The notes under the pieces: generated by a model
What the model saw: the letters and a program-made list of their open reading frames with translations, nothing else
What the model was told of the DNA's origin: nothing
Database searches by the model: none
Translations under genes and position numbers: made by a program
Assembly: GCF_006345805.1 (NCBI RefSeq)
Contig: NW_021836550.1
Coordinates: 1-24,518, forward strand
DNA length: 24,518 nt
Source: Octopus sinensis
Taxonomy: Eukaryota
Direction: 5' to 3'
Part shown: one piece after another, positions 22,700-24,518 of the stretch
How positions within the stretch are numbered: position 1 is the first letter of the stretch
Layout of the letters: every line of letters starts with the position of its first letter

Positions 22700-23517
22700 C
22701 TTTTTCTATTCCTGAGTGCTATACTAATACATCTGTTTGTTTGTACACCACCGGCCTTCGTCTTTTGTTTATTTTCGTAAACTTTCCCTTTATATATATA
22801 TATAAACAATAAATTAAATAAATTCAATTGACAATCTATTGACATTTATAATATAACATAATATGCTATGAATACAATATAATATAATATAACATAAAAT
22901 ATCATTAAAAAACCAAAATAGCCAACAGTTTGTTTTGACTTTTAGACATCATTTGATTTATAAACAATACATATCCACTTATATAAGTCTCTTCGGAGCT
23001 TTGGTTTATAAACAGACGAAATTCCTTGTGAAAGGACGGCTGGATTGCAAAAAAATTAATTCAAATGCCTACGTATTATGATCGTTAACTTTTCAACTAC
23101 ATAACAATTACAATTAAAAACAACAAAATTATAACGGATAAAATGATTACGTAAATAGAATCTACAACAATCGAAATATATTTCTATATATCTCAAACAA
23201 AATCAATCCAAATTCGTTTTGGTCGAAGATAATCTTTGGATATTATAGTAACATGCGACAACACTATAGAGGTATATAAATTAAGCATCAGGGTCTTACT
23301 TAGAGACTCTGTAATAAAATGTGCAAATAAATATAAATGATAAATAAAGAACATTTTTTGTTAGTTACTTTAAACAACTTTTTTTTATATCAATAACTTT
23401 AAATAAAAAAGAGTTGTTATATATTACCAATATAATAGTGTATAATTTATGTATTTATTTACATTTTATTACAGTCTCTAGATTCAGTAAGACCCTGAAA
23501 CTTAACATATATACCTA

Positions 23518-24270
23518 CCGTAAATCCTCGAGTATAGTCCGCCCTTGAGTATAATACGCAGGGGATTTTTAGGGGGCTGTACCTCTGAAAAACCTAAACA
23601 TTGTGTTTAAAAGGCATCCCTTCTCTAACTTGAGTCAAGGAGGTCTATATAATGTCCTTGTTTTGTAAAACTGTATACGGTAACGTCCTTTAAGGCGGCG
23701 AGTTGGCAGAAACGTTAGCACGCCGAGTGAAATGCGTAGCCGTATTTCGTCTGCCGTTACGTTCTGAGTTCAAATTCCGCCGAGGTCGACTTTGCCTTTC
23801 ATCCTTTCGGGGTCGATTAAATAAGTACCAGATACACACTGGGGTCGATGTAATCGACTTAATCCGTTTGTCTGTCCTTGTTTGTCCTCTCTGTGTTTAG
23901 CCCCTTGTGGGTAGTAAAGAAATAGGTAACGTCCTTTATTATTATTGTATATATAACATAATGCAAACTTGTAGCTTTTTTGTGCATTTTGTTTGCAGAA
24001 AATAAAGATATAACAGTAATAACGTTTAATAAATGTTACTGCAAGTTATGGATGATTCTTTTATGACTTCATTGCTTTCAGGCATAGCTTAAGGTATTTT
24101 CGCGCCCGACATCACAAAATGCGTCTGAATAAACATTGCCGGACAGCAAATAGAGACTCGGACATTGCTTAGAAAATATTTTTCATTTTTAACCTCGTAT
24201 ATAGTACGCACTAGGGATTTTGACCTTTAAATTTTGGGAAACAATGCGGATAATACTCGAGGATTTACGG
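23518..24270. mobile_element. pogo/Tigger-like non-autonomous DNA transposon
   Basis: TIR CCGTAAATCCTCGAGTAT(AG/TA)TCCGC (23/25) with TA TSD at 23516-17 and 24271-72. Confidence 0.88.
23693..23924 (+). mobile_element. SINE family A, full length, with 14-bp TSD
   Basis: GGTAACGTCCTTTA at 23679-23692 and 23925-23938. Confidence 0.95.
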
Positions 24271-24518
24271 TATATATTGTTGTCGTATGTTATTATAATA
24301 GTCAAAGATTGCCTTCGACCTAAACGAATTTGGATTAAGATCGTTTGGGATATTTAGAAATATATTTCAGTAGTTGTAGATTCTATTTACTGAATCATTT
24401 TGTCCGTTATAATTTTGTTGTTTTTTAATTGTAATTGTTATGTAGTTGAAAAGTTAACGCTCACGCTCATAATACATAGGCATCTAAATTAATCTTTTTA
24501 CGAGAAATTTCGTTTGTC

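Larger units (their letters stand above)
23013..24516. mobile_element. Long foldback (palindromic) element interrupted by a MITE; right arm may run past the window
   Basis: 23013-23345 is the imperfect reverse complement of 23440-23517 joined to 24271-24516. Confidence 0.8.

Noticed and set aside
23285-23501. Independent TTAA-flanked piggyBac/Kolobok-like MITE
   Set aside because: Its inverted repeats and TTAA flanks are continuous with the larger palindrome, so it is better explained as that element's centre.

Overview
AT-rich, microsatellite-dense animal genomic DNA, intronic or intergenic. The SINE repertoire points to an octopus/coleoid cephalopod, but this is an inference from recalled families, not a database result. 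I find no intact host gene; almost all ORF-track entries are microsatellite or antisense artefacts. The window is a transposon mosaic: three tRNA-headed SINE families; a decayed full-length mariner with a nested SINE; pogo/Tigger-like MITEs; a ~700-bp foldback palindrome; the 3' relic of an R2-superfamily (HERO-like) LINE; a relic Penelope GIY-YIG domain; and three head-to-tail ~555-bp elements set in an (AAT)n tract, preceded by ~26 reiterations of their own terminus. The most interesting signal is a set of short non-coding elements carrying minimal type-I hammerhead ribozyme folds of the Penelope-associated kind: five well-formed motifs in four sequence families, plus two weaker candidates. 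One element joins a tRNA/Pol III head to a hammerhead tail, and two show Penelope-style inverted 5' duplication. Motifs and alignments were read by eye, so element ends are approximate except where TSDs or TIRs are quoted.
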